64,000 nucleotides of DNA, taken from the NCBI GenBank assembly GCA_963765585.1, contig CAVXXB010000005.1:182402-246401 (forward strand), in the 5' to 3' direction. Source of the stretch: Calditrichia bacterium. GTDB taxonomy: Bacteria; Calditrichota; Calditrichia; JAJRVZ01. Below are positions 9,469 to 20,220 of the stretch, one piece after another (positions within the stretch are counted from its first letter, which is position 1; each line of letters opens with the position of its first letter). The translations under genes were made by a program, and so were the position numbers. The notes beneath the pieces are model-generated. The model made no database searches and had not been told where the DNA came from. It saw only the letters and a list, made by a program, of their open reading frames with translations.

Positions 9469-10254
9469 TCAAATCCCACCTTTCCAACCCATGCGCAATA
9501 TTTTACCCGTAATTCCAGGTGCGATGGAGTTGAAGAAGAACAGGGGCCTGAGAATTTTTGGTTCAATAACAAGTTGCCTGTTTCTATTAATGGCCTTGAC
9601 GATTGCAGACGCGACTTTCTGGGGTGTTAGTGTGGGAAGATATGTATTAACTTTTGGCATCTGATCTTCGCTGCCCGGATTATGTTGCCAGTAGCTACTG
9701 GCAACCTTTCCGAATACGGCCAGAGTAACATTTATCCCTGATGGATGGGTTTCATGTTGCAAAGATTTGCTGAATGAAGCCATGGCAGCACGCGCAGCCG
9801 CGTACCCGGCTGCACCAGGCCAGACAAGAAATGATGCAGGAGAAGTCACATTTATGATATGACCGCTTCCACGATTTTGCATGTGAGGAAGCAATTCACG
9901 GGTGAGGTTAAATGCGGCAAAGTAGGGCATCATCATCATTTGTTCTAATTCAGATGCTTCTGTTTGTTCAATAGTTAGCCATCGTCCGGCACCGGCATTA
10001 TTTATCAAAATATCAGGAACTCCTAAATCAGCAATAATTTTCTGCGCGACATCAGTCACCGCAGCCGGCTGTGAGAGATCCACTGTATAATATTCTGCCT
10101 TTGCCTCCCGATTGACAGATCTCTTCTGAAATCGTTTTTAATCTTGATTCCGATCTGGCAAGCAGGATAACATGTCCTCCATTTCGACCAACTTCCCTGG
10201 CAGTTGCTTCACCCATTCCATAGGATGCACCGCTAATGAGTACTAATTTTCCAT
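9469..10254 (-). CDS. Short-chain dehydrogenase/reductase (SDR); frame interrupted near 10247 (A5 to A4 homopolymer) and near 10085
   Basis: The ORF track shows only the C-terminal 204 aa. The N-terminal Rossmann part M(E)KLVLISGASYGMGEATAREVGRNGGHVILLARSESRLKTISEE is readable upstream in shifted frames. The active-site region reads NVTSPA...YAAARAAM. Confidence 0.6.
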
Positions 10255-12108
10255 ATTATTTTCATTATTGTATTATCTTTTTCCAATTTTTTTAACGCCG
10301 CAACTGCGTTACTATTGTTTGGATTTAATTTTAGTGATTTATTGTAATTTACTATCGCCGCTTCTTTATTGCCATTCTTCATAAATGCCTCACCAAGGCT
10401 ATCGTAACAATTTGCCGATTCGGGATAAAACTCGACATTCAATTTGAAGATGACCAACGCTTTTTCAAGTTCATTTTTCTGAAGATAGTCATATCCCAAC
10501 CGGTTAAACCGGTCCTCCGATACCGTGAAATCGGTTGGATTTTCTAATTTTAATTTCCGGTACATATTTACAGCTTCAGATATTTTACCTTCATTTAATA
10601 ATTCCACAGGGAGTTTTACATCCGGTGCTATCCTGGAGCATGTAAGTGGTTCACGTAAAAAGCGACCGAGTTCATCGGAGAAGTAATATATCACAGATGT
10701 ACTCTTTTCGTTCGGATCTTTTATAAACTGGAGATATCCTTTTCTAAATTTTGTGACAAATTTTCCATCGCCCACATGATATAACTGGGCATTGTCAAAT
10801 CGGTTTATATGCAGTTGATTGTTCTGAACTTTTATTTCAAAAGAATTGTCTGTGCCGAGAAAATAACGACCGGAATACTGTAACAACTGTTTATTATCCA
10901 ACATGACGGTATTAATTTCTGCGGGCAGATATTTTTTCCATTCATACACATTGGCAATGCCATTAAATATTTCGCGAATCAAAGGTGCGCCATTCTGAGA
11001 ATTTGTAAAAACCACTGCACCGTACCCATCTGTTAAATGGGAAATAAAACCGGCAAAGAACCCTCGGTTGTCACCCATATGACCAAAATAATTTATTTCT
11101 CCTTCATTCTCGCGCATGAATACACCGAGACCGTATTGCTTTGAAACGTGTGGTGATAACATCTGTTGCGCAAGTTCCCGGGAGATGATCTTATCTGATT
11201 GTCCATTGTATGCCTTTTGAAGTTCAATGATGTATTTTGCATAGTCGGAACTTGTTGTCCACAGCCCGCCCGCTGACATATGAGGATATACAAATCTTTT
11301 AACCGCCAGCGCTCGCCCGTCCGATGAATGGCCGGCACATGCAACCGGTAGCCATTCTGATGGTAGAGGTTGTGCAAATGTACTGGAAAACATCTCGAGC
11401 GGTTGGAATACTATTTTATTGGTGAGATCAGGGTAGGTTACACCGGTAACATCGATCGATAATTGCTGTAAAATTGAATAACCTGCATTTGAATATTGAT
11501 AAACTGTTCCAGGAATTTTGTCAGCCACAGCAGGTCTTGACCGTGCCGGGTTTTCACCATTTAAAACCTGAAGCAGGGTTGGTAAATTTTCCGGTAAATA
11601 AGAATATGGTGGGCTATACATGATCCCCCCGCTATGGTTCATTAACAGCAGTGGTGTTACTTTGGCTTCTTTTGTAAAATCATTCTCAGGCAATTTCCAT
11701 GATACCAATTGTTCATTAATGTCTGCATTTAAATCTATTTTTCCCTGGCGGACTAAATTTAAAACAGTCAAAGCAGCCACACCCTTGCTGAGGGAACCGA
11801 CATTAAAAATGGTGTTATTTGTAACTGGATTCTGTTCTTCAGAATCCATCACACCATAATCTTTACACCACTCAAGTTTGATAATCTTTGATTACTGATA
11901 CACTGATTCCTGGTACTTTGTAATAGGCCATTCTGTCTTCTAAATTGAGCGCCGGTTCACCTGCAATCAGAACCGCAGGCAATAATCCATTCTCAACTTT
12001 GGAGATTTGTGGATTCTCTGGCTGCAAGTAATTGCATGAATGGATGAAAGACAGAATTAGGATGATACTGATAGCGAATGATAATTTCAGAAGTTTGTCC
12101 TTAAACAT
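10233..12108 (-). CDS. Serine hydrolase of the beta-lactamase (class C / PBP4-like) family with C-terminal TPR repeats; frame break near 11870
   Basis: The SxxK motif is FNVGSLSKGV. The C-terminus has TPR-like repeats (...GNKEAAIVNYNKSLKLNPNN...). The true N-terminus, MFKDKLLKLSFAISIILILSF...YKVPGISVSVIKDYQ, lies in the upstream ORF 11872-12258. It starts at ATG 12108 with an AAGGAG RBS. Confidence 0.7.
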
Positions 12109-12365
12109 ATGAATCTCCTTCGTTATAAAAAATGTGGAAGCATTAATGATTGAGAATAATTCGGAACTTGGAACTGGGTAATGGGCACATGGTTTTATTG
12201 CTTGGTCCAAAAAGTTCTCAGATAACAGGCCCAAGGCTCCAAATTTTTGACGAGTCATTCTGTCCCGGAACGGGATCCCATGGACAAAGACCTTTTTCCA
12301 AGAAGTACCTTTTAATCTCTATAGGGCCAAACCATGGTTCAGATAAAAGATACTGACAGAATGAC

Positions 12366-12475
12366 TTATCTCTATCCTGCATCCTGTATCCTGTAGCCTG
12401 CAACTTGTATCTGCATCCAGACTATCCAGTATCCAGCATCAAGTACCCAGCAACGAGTACCAACCTCACAGAGAG
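12366..12475. repeat. Degenerate heptamer tandem array, family H1
   Basis: The array reads tatcctg catcctg tatcctg tagcctg caacttg ... tatccag tatccag catcaag tacccag caacgag taccaac. Period 7 holds over ~110 nt in a divergent promoter region. Confidence 0.6.
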
Positions 12476-12620
12476 TGAATTTACCTATTTGAAAATTAAT
12501 TTAAAAAAATATTTCTAACAGTAAAAATCTGTGCTGCAATGCTCGAAATTGCCCAAGACTTGAGGATATGCTATATTTGAGATATATATATTTAGCTAAA
12601 AAAGTTGGAGGAATTTGAAT

Positions 12621-13706
12621 ATGAAACCGGGTATGGCGATGATCCATATTTACCGTTTCTTAAAAATTTTGTTGGGATTCATATTGGTTTTTTTGTTCAT
12701 TATGTTCATTCCATACTCTGTTCTCCCGGCGGCTGATAATGCGTTTAGTATAGAAGAGCGAAAACAGGTGCTAACAAAAGCAGGGGAATTATTAGCAAAT
12801 AACTACGTAGATCAATCTATTGGCGCGGCGTGTAAAATTATTCTTGAAGATGAAAGCGTTATGACACAATTGCTTGAAAATGCGCATCCGCGTTCCTTTA
12901 TAAAAGAATTGAACTCAAAATTACAAAGCGTTCACAATGATAAACATGTGCGTGTGACGTTTATTCCTCCGGAGGAACAAAGACTGGATGAAACCCAACC
13001 AGCAGTGTCACTCTTATTGCAGACAGCCGAAAAGCAAAGCAAAAATTTCGGATTTGAACGGGTAAAAGTTCAAACTGATAATGTAGGATATTTAAATCTA
13101 ACTTCTTTTCCACCGGCGGATCTTGCCCGTGGGACGCTCCGAAATACACTTGATTTTTTACAATTTTGCGATGCATTAATTATTGATTTGCGTGAAAATC
13201 GCGGCGGCAGTTTGGATATGGTGAAACTGCTGGCCGGATTTTTCTTTCCGGATTCCACTTTGTTCTCTTCCTACTATTGGCGCCGTGGTGATTATATTGA
13301 AAATTACTGGACTGCACCGGATTCATCAAGAACTAATTTTTGGCATGTTCCTGTCTTTATATTATTGAGTAATAAAACTTTTTCAGCAGCCGAGGATTTT
13401 GCATTTGGTATGCAAAGTAGAAAGCGGGCAACACTGATTGGTGAACAAACCGGCGGTGGTGCGAACCCGGGATACACATTTTCGCTAAACGAACAATTTA
13501 GTATTTTTATACCCACAGGGAGAGCGATTAGTCCGGTTACTGGTAATAACTGGGAAGCAAAAGGAATTGAGCCGGATATAAAAACGAGCGCCGGAAATGC
13601 CCTCTCCCTTGCTCTGGAACAGGCTGGACTAAAAGCCCGGACATACCGCCAAAAACGAAATATAGAATATATCGATAGACTATCAGAATATAGTCCACTA
13701 TCTTGA
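12621..13706 (+). CDS. S41-family peptidase (C-terminal processing / tail-specific protease-like), membrane-anchored
   Basis: The motifs are LIIDLRENRGGS and SNKTFSAAEDFAFGMQ, with an N-terminal TM helix. The start ATG is at 12621, with RBS GGAGGA at 12607-12612. Confidence 0.8.
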   Translation: MKPGMAMIHIYRFLKILLGFILVFLFIMFIPYSVLPAADNAFSIEERKQVLTKAGELLANNYVDQSIGAACKIILEDESVMTQLLENAHPRSFIKELNSKLQSVHNDKHVRVTFIPPEEQRLDETQPAVSLLLQTAEKQSKNFGFERVKVQTDNVGYLNLTSFPPADLARGTLRNTLDFLQFCDALIIDLRENRGGSLDMVKLLAGFFFPDSTLFSSYYWRRGDYIENYWTAPDSSRTNFWHVPVFILLSNKTFSAAEDFAFGMQSRKRATLIGEQTGGGANPGYTFSLNEQFSIFIPTGRAISPVTGNNWEAKGIEPDIKTSAGNALSLALEQAGLKARTYRQKRNIEYIDRLSEYSPLS

Positions 13707-13752
13707 GTTAGCTGATTCTACTTGCGGATCTGAGACGATAATTATAGAGGCG

Positions 13753-14049
13753 ATGTTAAATAAGATGCTTGTCGATAAAAAACTCGATGAATGGACGATT
13801 AACCGGTTGGCTTATCACTATCTTGCCAATAAAAAATTAAAATCAGCATATACATTATTTAAATTTAACCAGGGTCTTTTTTCAAGTTCAGCCAACGCGA
13901 ATGACAGCCTGGCAGAGTACTATTATAAACAAAATGCCCTTGATAGTGCAATGGTGTATTATAACAAAGTTCTGAAGATTGATTCAAAGAACCAGAATGC
14001 TAGGTATATGCTGGATAATATTTATAATCAGATTCACCCAAAGCGGTGA
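13753..14049 (+). CDS. Small TPR-repeat protein (hypothetical)
   Basis: TPR-like helices are present (AEYYYKQNALDSAMVYYNKVLKIDSKN). It overlaps the Dps remnant on the opposite strand. Confidence 0.35.
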   Translation: MLNKMLVDKKLDEWTINRLAYHYLANKKLKSAYTLFKFNQGLFSSSANANDSLAEYYYKQNALDSAMVYYNKVLKIDSKNQNARYMLDNIYNQIHPKR

Positions 14050-14287
14050 TGCGTTCTGCCGTCATATCAGCAAAATCGGATAATTCGGCAGCCAATTTGT
14101 CAAACAACTCATGCAGAGCGATAAAATTTGCTTCTTTTATGTTCCAGTGGGCCTGTTTGGTTTGACTCTGTAAATCGGCCAGATCGGCTAACTGCGCATT
14201 AAGCACCGGAATAACCTTTTCACGACTTTCTGCCGGGATATCGATTCAAGTGTCCATTAATGTTTCTATGTACATAATTCCATCCAT
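14000..14287 (-). pseudogene. dps: Dps (DNA-protection-during-starvation, ferritin-like) gene remnant: in-frame TGA plus C-terminal truncation
   Basis: The translation MDGIMYIETLMDT*IDIPAESREKVIPVLNAQLADLADLQSQTKQAHWNIKEANFIALHELFDKLAAELSDFADMTAERITALGE matches the Dps core (compare E. coli ...[20 protein letters not shown]...MAERAVQLGG). There is an in-frame TGA at 14246-14248. Similarity ends after ~95 codons in all frames. Confidence 0.6.
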
Positions 14288-14448
14288 TTTTTATAAATAT
14301 AGCACACGAAATTAGAAATTATTCGGATTATTCTAGTAGTGGTAAGTTTTTGGATATGAAGATTCTGGTAGGTTAATGAATTAAAATACCTGATATATAT
14401 GTCAATTCAGAAAATACATATTATATTGAAACCTTGGCAAAATAAAGG

Positions 14449-15360
14449 TCAGCGAATGGCTGATATCCATTCACGATAACGATGATATAACTGATGTGCG
14501 GCAGGATAAATTGAATTTGGGCTCATGAAGTGTGGAAACTCAAATGTTATTAGTTTTTCAATTTTACTCTCATTGGCCATCTCCATTTTATATCTGAGTT
14601 TGCGGAAATCGATAGGAGGAAATTTTATAGGCATGTCTCGGTCAAATGATTCCACATTACTCCAACTGATGATGTGATGTTTATTACACAATTTTTGATT
14701 TATTTCCAGGTAATCGCCCAGGACTTCGAGAGGAACATTGCCATCCTGAAAAGCTACGATATCGACGAAACCATCAATTCGTGAAAATACAGCCTGCCAT
14801 TCCTGCTCGTGCTGTTCAATTGAGATTGCTGATTCGCCAAATTGTTTAATCCCTTTTATATAGGGAGAAATAAGAATCGGCACTTTCTTTAAATTGTTCA
14901 AATGTCTGGCTAATGTTTCATATACTTTCATCATACCGTCATCATAGACACTTATTTCGTGACTGATATACCAGCCACAAAATGAGGTATGATGTCCGTA
15001 TTTCTCGATAAATTCATCACAGAGCAACTTGTTCAGGGATGCTTCGCGTTCGTACTTACCTTCGTGCCAATACTGTCCTGAATCATAGGTTCCGAAAAAA
15101 AATGACATACCACAGCGGTCTGCCTGACTCAAAAACAACTCTACCAGATCCAAATGTACCGGAAATATTTGCATGTGGTTGGCGAGTACCTGGGAAGCAA
15201 AAGTAGCAGTTTTTTTATATCCGGCACGAATCAGTATGACGGTATCGATACCCGCTGCTTTCATAGCGTCAAAATCACGCGACCACTCAGCCGGACCCCA
15301 ATTTTGCGAAGGAATGTCGTGTGTTATTTCGTCGAGAAATGTACCCGTGATACCTATCAT
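14449..15360 (-). CDS. TIM-barrel glycoside-hydrolase-like protein (DUF4434-like)
   Basis: The N-terminus reads MIGITGTFLDEI...WGPAEWSRDFDAMKAAGIDTVILI. This is an architecture assignment from memory and has not been verified. Confidence 0.45.
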   Translation of the reverse strand: MIGITGTFLDEITHDIPSQNWGPAEWSRDFDAMKAAGIDTVILIRAGYKKTATFASQVLANHMQIFPVHLDLVELFLSQADRCGMSFFFGTYDSGQYWHEGKYEREASLNKLLCDEFIEKYGHHTSFCGWYISHEISVYDDGMMKVYETLARHLNNLKKVPILISPYIKGIKQFGESAISIEQHEQEWQAVFSRIDGFVDIVAFQDGNVPLEVLGDYLEINQKLCNKHHIISWSNVESFDRDMPIKFPPIDFRKLRYKMEMANESKIEKLITFEFPHFMSPNSIYPAAHQLYHRYREWISAIR

Positions 15361-15406
15361 ACCAACTCCAATAAATTTATTAATTTAGAATACCCATTGT
15401 TAATTA

Positions 15407-16579
15407 TTATTTTGCCACATTTGGTTCAAACTGGCGCATACATTGATATAGTGCGCGTGGCACGTGGAAACATCCTTTCCATTTTCCACCTTTTAACGGA
15501 AGCAAAATTTCGCCTCTGCGGTTCAGATAGCCATACCATTCGCCATATTTCTTATCCGGAAAATGTTGCCAGGTATACTCATGAACTTTATGATACCAAT
15601 TCCGGCAGTCTTTGCGCTCTGTCAATCGCCAGCTCATAGCCAGGGCAACAAGTGTCTCAAGATGAACCCACCACAATTTCTGATCCCACTCTAATTGTTG
15701 CGGCGGATTGTCTTTTATATCCATGAAATAATAGATCCCGCCATATTCTTCATCCCAGGCAAAATTGAGTGTGTTGATAATTATATCAACACATTGTTCA
15801 ATGCGCTCGTTATTGCCTTCTTGTTCGGCAATATCGATTATAAATGCCATGGCCTCAATACCATGTCCGGGATTGATCAGTCGTCCTTCAAAACAATCTA
15901 TAAATTTACCTTCGGGGGAAACATGCTCATGTAAAATTTGTTTTTCAGAATTAAGAAACAGATCAAACAATTCTGCGATGCTGTTGTCTATTGTATCACT
16001 CACCAAATCATCCTCCAGCATCCACGCCAGTTCTGTAGTCAGATTCGCCAGTATCATCGGCATTGCCAGTGATTTAACTGGTCGCGAATCGCTTACTGTT
16101 TTGTCATATTTTCCTTTGGGATTATCGCGGCGTCTGAGAATATTTTTAAATGTTTTCTCTGCAATGCGTCTCGCCTGATCATCATCAGCGGCCAATGCAT
16201 ATTGACTGAAAGCCATAGCTGCAAAGCAATCTGAGAATATATTATAGGGTTGTATTAACGGATTCCCATCTCTTGTGAGGGAAAAATACCAGTTACCATA
16301 CTGATCCCTACCATGCTGCTCAAGAAATTTGATGCCATGCTGCGCCAGGTCGAGCCATGATTTTTTCTTTTCCAAACGATTATACAACATCGAGAACAAC
16401 CATACCTGCCTCGCCTGCAACCAGACAAATTTATCAGTATCATACACCTTCCCGGTGCGATTGAGACAAGTAAAATATCCGCCGGACTTTTTATCGGGAG
16501 ATAATTTTTCCCAGAAAGGAATCACATTGTTTAATAATTCCTGGCGATATTTTGCAGCTAAATTTAGATTATTCCGCAT
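15407..16579 (-). CDS. N-acylglucosamine 2-epimerase (AGE) family protein (GlcNAc / cellobiose / mannose 2-epimerase-like)
   Basis: It has an (alpha/alpha)6 fold signature, 390 aa, with [33 protein letters not shown]...[15 protein letters not shown]. Confidence 0.8.
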   Translation of the reverse strand: MRNNLNLAAKYRQELLNNVIPFWEKLSPDKKSGGYFTCLNRTGKVYDTDKFVWLQARQVWLFSMLYNRLEKKKSWLDLAQHGIKFLEQHGRDQYGNWYFSLTRDGNPLIQPYNIFSDCFAAMAFSQYALAADDDQARRIAEKTFKNILRRRDNPKGKYDKTVSDSRPVKSLAMPMILANLTTELAWMLEDDLVSDTIDNSIAELFDLFLNSEKQILHEHVSPEGKFIDCFEGRLINPGHGIEAMAFIIDIAEQEGNNERIEQCVDIIINTLNFAWDEEYGGIYYFMDIKDNPPQQLEWDQKLWWVHLETLVALAMSWRLTERKDCRNWYHKVHEYTWQHFPDKKYGEWYGYLNRRGEILLPLKGGKWKGCFHVPRALYQCMRQFEPNVAK

Positions 16580-16744
16580 ATATTTTATTCTCTATATTAT
16601 TAAATTACCCTGTTATTTATTTTAATGGAACATAGAAACAACAATAATTTTGAGATAAAAATTATCCTATGATACCTGGATATTCAGAACAATTATACCC
16701 TGAAAAGACCAGATCTTATATCAAGAGGATCAGCATCTCTGATC

Positions 16745-16875
16745 TATAAATGGCCCGCTGATTTCGCGGATTTAGCAGATTCACGCCGATTTAATTTTAA
16801 TGATTACTAGTTCCGCGTAAATCCGTACTGTCCCGTCTCACGGGCGTAATCAGTGTAATCAGTTTGCTATTTTTC
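16745..16875 (+). repeat. Dispersed intergenic repeat element, copy A (core plus 9-mer array)
   Basis: The core aaatggcccgctgatttcgcggatttagcagattcacgccgatttaa is followed by a ccgcgtaaatccgt...gtaatcagtgtaatcag array ending tttgctattt. It is homologous to copies at 40413, 43684 and 63330. Confidence 0.7.
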
Positions 16876-16895
16876 CTTAAACGTTGTAATTGATA

Positions 16896-18788
16896 CTATC
16901 TGACTAAAATCATCTTCTTTACAGCCTGTCCGTAGGCGGTTTTTATGCAACAAATATATACACCACTGGCGTATCCGGCTGCATTCCATTCTAATATATA
17001 ATTTCCTGCAGTTTGAGCAGAACTTACGAGTGTGACCACTTTTTCGCCCAGCACATTGTATATACTCAGATCGACATCACTATATGCCGGGAGTTCATAA
17101 TCGATAGTCGTAACAGGATTAAACGGATTGGGATAATTCTGTTGCAGACTGAATTCGCCGGGTATAGTATGTGTCATAATTGTATTGTCCTGAATGTCGG
17201 AAATAATAACATCCGGAGATTTTTTACGGTTGATCATAATCATAGCGGCATCGGCCACCAGTTTTTCTCCGGCTAACAGGCCGGCATTTGACATTTTGAC
17301 GACAGTTTGCATACCCGGATCCAGATGAATACTGCCAACTGCCTGCCAGCCCGCTTTTGACCCGTCTTTTTGATTTAGATAATAAACAATGCTGTCAGAA
17401 CCAGAGTAGAGTTTTACCGGAACATTTGACCCCGCCAGCGCACCGGTAACATTATAAATAAACACATCAAACCAGGCAGAAAAAGGCACGTTAAATTGAT
17501 ATTGGATGCTGGCTGGATTTGAATCAGAATTAACCAGGATGCCGTTATCATAACCAGCAATATCCGATGCCGCCCATTCTCCGGTGATTAACGCTCCGGC
17601 GTCATTCTCATTAACAATATTTGCTTTTGGCCGCCAGATATTACCCTTGCGGTCCGGAATCAGGGCCGGCTCTGCATACCAGGTCGCCTTCAACGTATCA
17701 CCCAATAAATTACCATTTGCCCGAAGTCCTTCATAAAAGAAAAATGCCTCACCGTTTACCTGTTTACTCCGGTTGGTTTTAATAGATTCTAATAAAAATC
17801 CGGGATCTATAAGATATGAGCCGCTTTTTACCAACATTCCGGCATAGTAAATGTCATTAAATCCGGGGAAGTTATTTAATGATTTATTTAGTTCAAACGC
17901 GTAATCCTCATAGTTATACCGGTATAATTGCGGAATAATATTATCGGCAATACCATCCAATACCCAGGTCTTTGAATCTTGCAAGTACTCCTGATAGGAC
18001 CATGGGTAAAGACTGGGGCTTGCGGATATGATCATATTTTTATTCCGGCTTTTAATCGAATCACGTACCTCCCTAAAAAAGCCACTTAGTTTATCTGCCC
18101 TCCAGCGCATCCAATCTGAATTTTTATTTTCCAGAGGGGGTAGATTACCATCATGCTCCTGTTTATAAACAGATACCGTCACCGAATCGTAGCCACCTTC
18201 AACCGGCATGGCCGGGATACGGTCGGAGTATTCGATACCATCTACATCATATTGTTCAATTACTTCAATTGCCAGCGCATGCATAAATTCCTGTACTTCC
18301 GGATTAACGGCTGACATCCAGTCAAAACCATTCTTTACAACCAGATTTCCATTCACATCTTTTAGTGCCCAGTGCGGATATTTACTAAGAATGTGACCAC
18401 CGTTCTGTGAATAGGAAGTAGAAAATCCCATTTCGAACCATGGCAGAACCTCCATGCCGTTGCGGTGTGCTTCAATGATTATTCGTTGCAGGGGATCGCG
18501 ATTAGTAAATGAAGGATGGATTTTTTGACCAAAGTATTTTTCCATTACCTGGCTTGGGTAGAGCGTATAATCACCATCGGCTCCATTGCTGTTCCAAACT
18601 ACAACTAATATTGTATTGATACCGATATCAGACAGATAATCCATGGCTTCCGCTATCTTATGGTCAGAGAACATTACATCACTGTCCACATTGGTAATTT
18701 TTACGGCTCTGAATTCCTGCAGATTCTGACCATACAGGTTCAAAATAAAACAAATGACTAATGCAGGCCAAAATTTAGTGCGCATCAT
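16896..18788 (-). CDS. Glycosyl hydrolase-like 10 (GHL10, PF02638/DUF187) protein with T9SS C-terminal sorting domain
   Basis: The GHL10 core reads RAVKITNVDS...EAHRNGMEVLPWFEMGF...YDVDGIEYSDRIP. The CTD reads LQQNYPNPFNPVTTIDYELP.... Confidence 0.8.
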   Translation of the reverse strand: MMRTKFWPALVICFILNLYGQNLQEFRAVKITNVDSDVMFSDHKIAEAMDYLSDIGINTILVVVWNSNGADGDYTLYPSQVMEKYFGQKIHPSFTNRDPLQRIIIEAHRNGMEVLPWFEMGFSTSYSQNGGHILSKYPHWALKDVNGNLVVKNGFDWMSAVNPEVQEFMHALAIEVIEQYDVDGIEYSDRIPAMPVEGGYDSVTVSVYKQEHDGNLPPLENKNSDWMRWRADKLSGFFREVRDSIKSRNKNMIISASPSLYPWSYQEYLQDSKTWVLDGIADNIIPQLYRYNYEDYAFELNKSLNNFPGFNDIYYAGMLVKSGSYLIDPGFLLESIKTNRSKQVNGEAFFFYEGLRANGNLLGDTLKATWYAEPALIPDRKGNIWRPKANIVNENDAGALITGEWAASDIAGYDNGILVNSDSNPASIQYQFNVPFSAWFDVFIYNVTGALAGSNVPVKLYSGSDSIVYYLNQKDGSKAGWQAVGSIHLDPGMQTVVKMSNAGLLAGEKLVADAAMIMINRKKSPDVIISDIQDNTIMTHTIPGEFSLQQNYPNPFNPVTTIDYELPAYSDVDLSIYNVLGEKVVTLVSSAQTAGNYILEWNAAGYASGVYICCIKTAYGQAVKKMILVR

Positions 18789-20188
18789 GTTCTCCAGAAA
18801 ATCCGCTTACGCGTACAAAAACCGACACCCAGCGCAAGCAATACCGTGTAAAGTACACCACGCAAAAATCCCAGCCAGGGTGAAGGCGTAAGTGCGATAA
18901 AATTATCTTCTAATCCGGTGATAGCCAGAATAGGCCAGATAAAATTTGCAAAACCCACATAAGCCATCATCGGGTTTTGTCCATTTTCAATAAGAATCCT
19001 GAAGTATCTATGTTGTTTAAATACTTCTATCAAATTAAAGAAAATGATAAGGATATAGACCGAGAGGGCAGTGGTAATAAAATAGTAACTTAGTGTTGAC
19101 GGATCTTTTTTTATACCGCCTTCAAATGGCTCGAAACAATGTCCGATTATCAAAAATACCGTACCCCAGGAGATGAATTTCCTGAGTAATCTTTCTGTTT
19201 CATTAACCGGATTAATTACCAGTAAATTCAAGTAAACAGACAAAATCATTGCCATCATCCAGGTCAGCCATAGCCAGCGTGCCTGTAAGCCAAACAGATG
19301 ACCTGCGACGAGTAAAGCAGATAGCAATGTAATCAGACCCAGATTTGATGCTGGCCAGGAATTACGGGCACCTTTTCCTGTATTCTGCTGAATCCAGACA
19401 ACCATCATATCACCGATTATGCTTCCCGGAATGACAATAAATAAATATTGCAGGTAGTAAAGTTTATACAACCAGGGAATGGGTGAAAATTCCCAAAGCC
19501 AGTTTGTCCAGCCGATTTCTGAGTGCGAAAGACGCAAAGCCAGCAGAATAAAAAGAATAGCGATTCTGATTAACAGATTTTTACGAGTCAGCAGCCAGAT
19601 CAGTGATACGAAAAAATAAGAATTAGCCAGAACGATAATAATGATATCACTGCGATAAAGCGAAAAACCGGTATTATCTTTATATCTAATGAGTGCCATC
19701 ATGACAAGTGCTAAAATCCAGGCACATATTTTTATCGCGAAACGAATTTTTGTATTCCAGTTTTGTGGCAACCTGGCAAAAATTCCAAACATTAATATAA
19801 ATCCACAGATCGCTAAAAGCCACGTAAGTGTCGCAGGTTCACTTTGAATCTGATGCGGGCGAATATGATGCAAAAACAAGGCGAAAAAAGAGAGAAGAAA
19901 TGTGCGTTCAACTATATATTTTAATAATGAGAATTCCGAATCTCCTTTTTCTATTCGTCTGCCCAGCGCAAAAGGAACGGCGGCACCAAGTGCAAATAAA
20001 AAAAGGGGAAAGACGAGGTCGACCCAGGTTAAACCGGGTAAGCCAGCATTCAATTGATGGCCGGGTGGTGGTAATTGCGCATGATACATCCAGGCTGGTA
20101 GTACCTTGTAAGGAATAACTCCGGAAAGCACCATGGTAAGGATTGCAAATCCGCGTAACGCATCGAGACTCTTAGCCCGTTGATTCAT
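18785..20188 (-). CDS. Multi-pass membrane acyltransferase of the HGSNAT-like family (heparan-alpha-glucosaminide N-acetyltransferase homolog, DUF5009/COG4299-like)
   Basis: The N-terminal motif is SLDALRGFAILTMVLSGVIPYKVLPAWMYHAQ, followed by ~10 TM helices. It overlaps the GHL10 gene by 4 nt, so the two form an operon. Confidence 0.6.
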   Translation of the reverse strand: MNQRAKSLDALRGFAILTMVLSGVIPYKVLPAWMYHAQLPPPGHQLNAGLPGLTWVDLVFPLFLFALGAAVPFALGRRIEKGDSEFSLLKYIVERTFLLSFFALFLHHIRPHQIQSEPATLTWLLAICGFILMFGIFARLPQNWNTKIRFAIKICAWILALVMMALIRYKDNTGFSLYRSDIIIIVLANSYFFVSLIWLLTRKNLLIRIAILFILLALRLSHSEIGWTNWLWEFSPIPWLYKLYYLQYLFIVIPGSIIGDMMVVWIQQNTGKGARNSWPASNLGLITLLSALLVAGHLFGLQARWLWLTWMMAMILSVYLNLLVINPVNETERLLRKFISWGTVFLIIGHCFEPFEGGIKKDPSTLSYYFITTALSVYILIIFFNLIEVFKQHRYFRILIENGQNPMMAYVGFANFIWPILAITGLEDNFIALTPSPWLGFLRGVLYTVLLALGVGFCTRKRIFWRT

Positions 20189-20220
20189 TTACTATTTTCC
20201 GTATAAAAATCCATGCGGAT

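Noticed and set aside
8907-9572. The ORF-track N-terminal extension of the hypothetical protein (9381-9572)
   Set aside because: It overlaps the SDR gene on the same strand in another frame. The signal-peptide Met at 9380 is the plausible start.
14246-14248. The in-frame TGA in Dps considered as recoding (selenocysteine or an alternative genetic code)
   Set aside because: TGA terminates well-supported genes here, such as the radical SAM gene at 5921-5923. No SECIS-like context was noted, and the Dps homolog is also truncated. It is treated as a pseudogene lesion.
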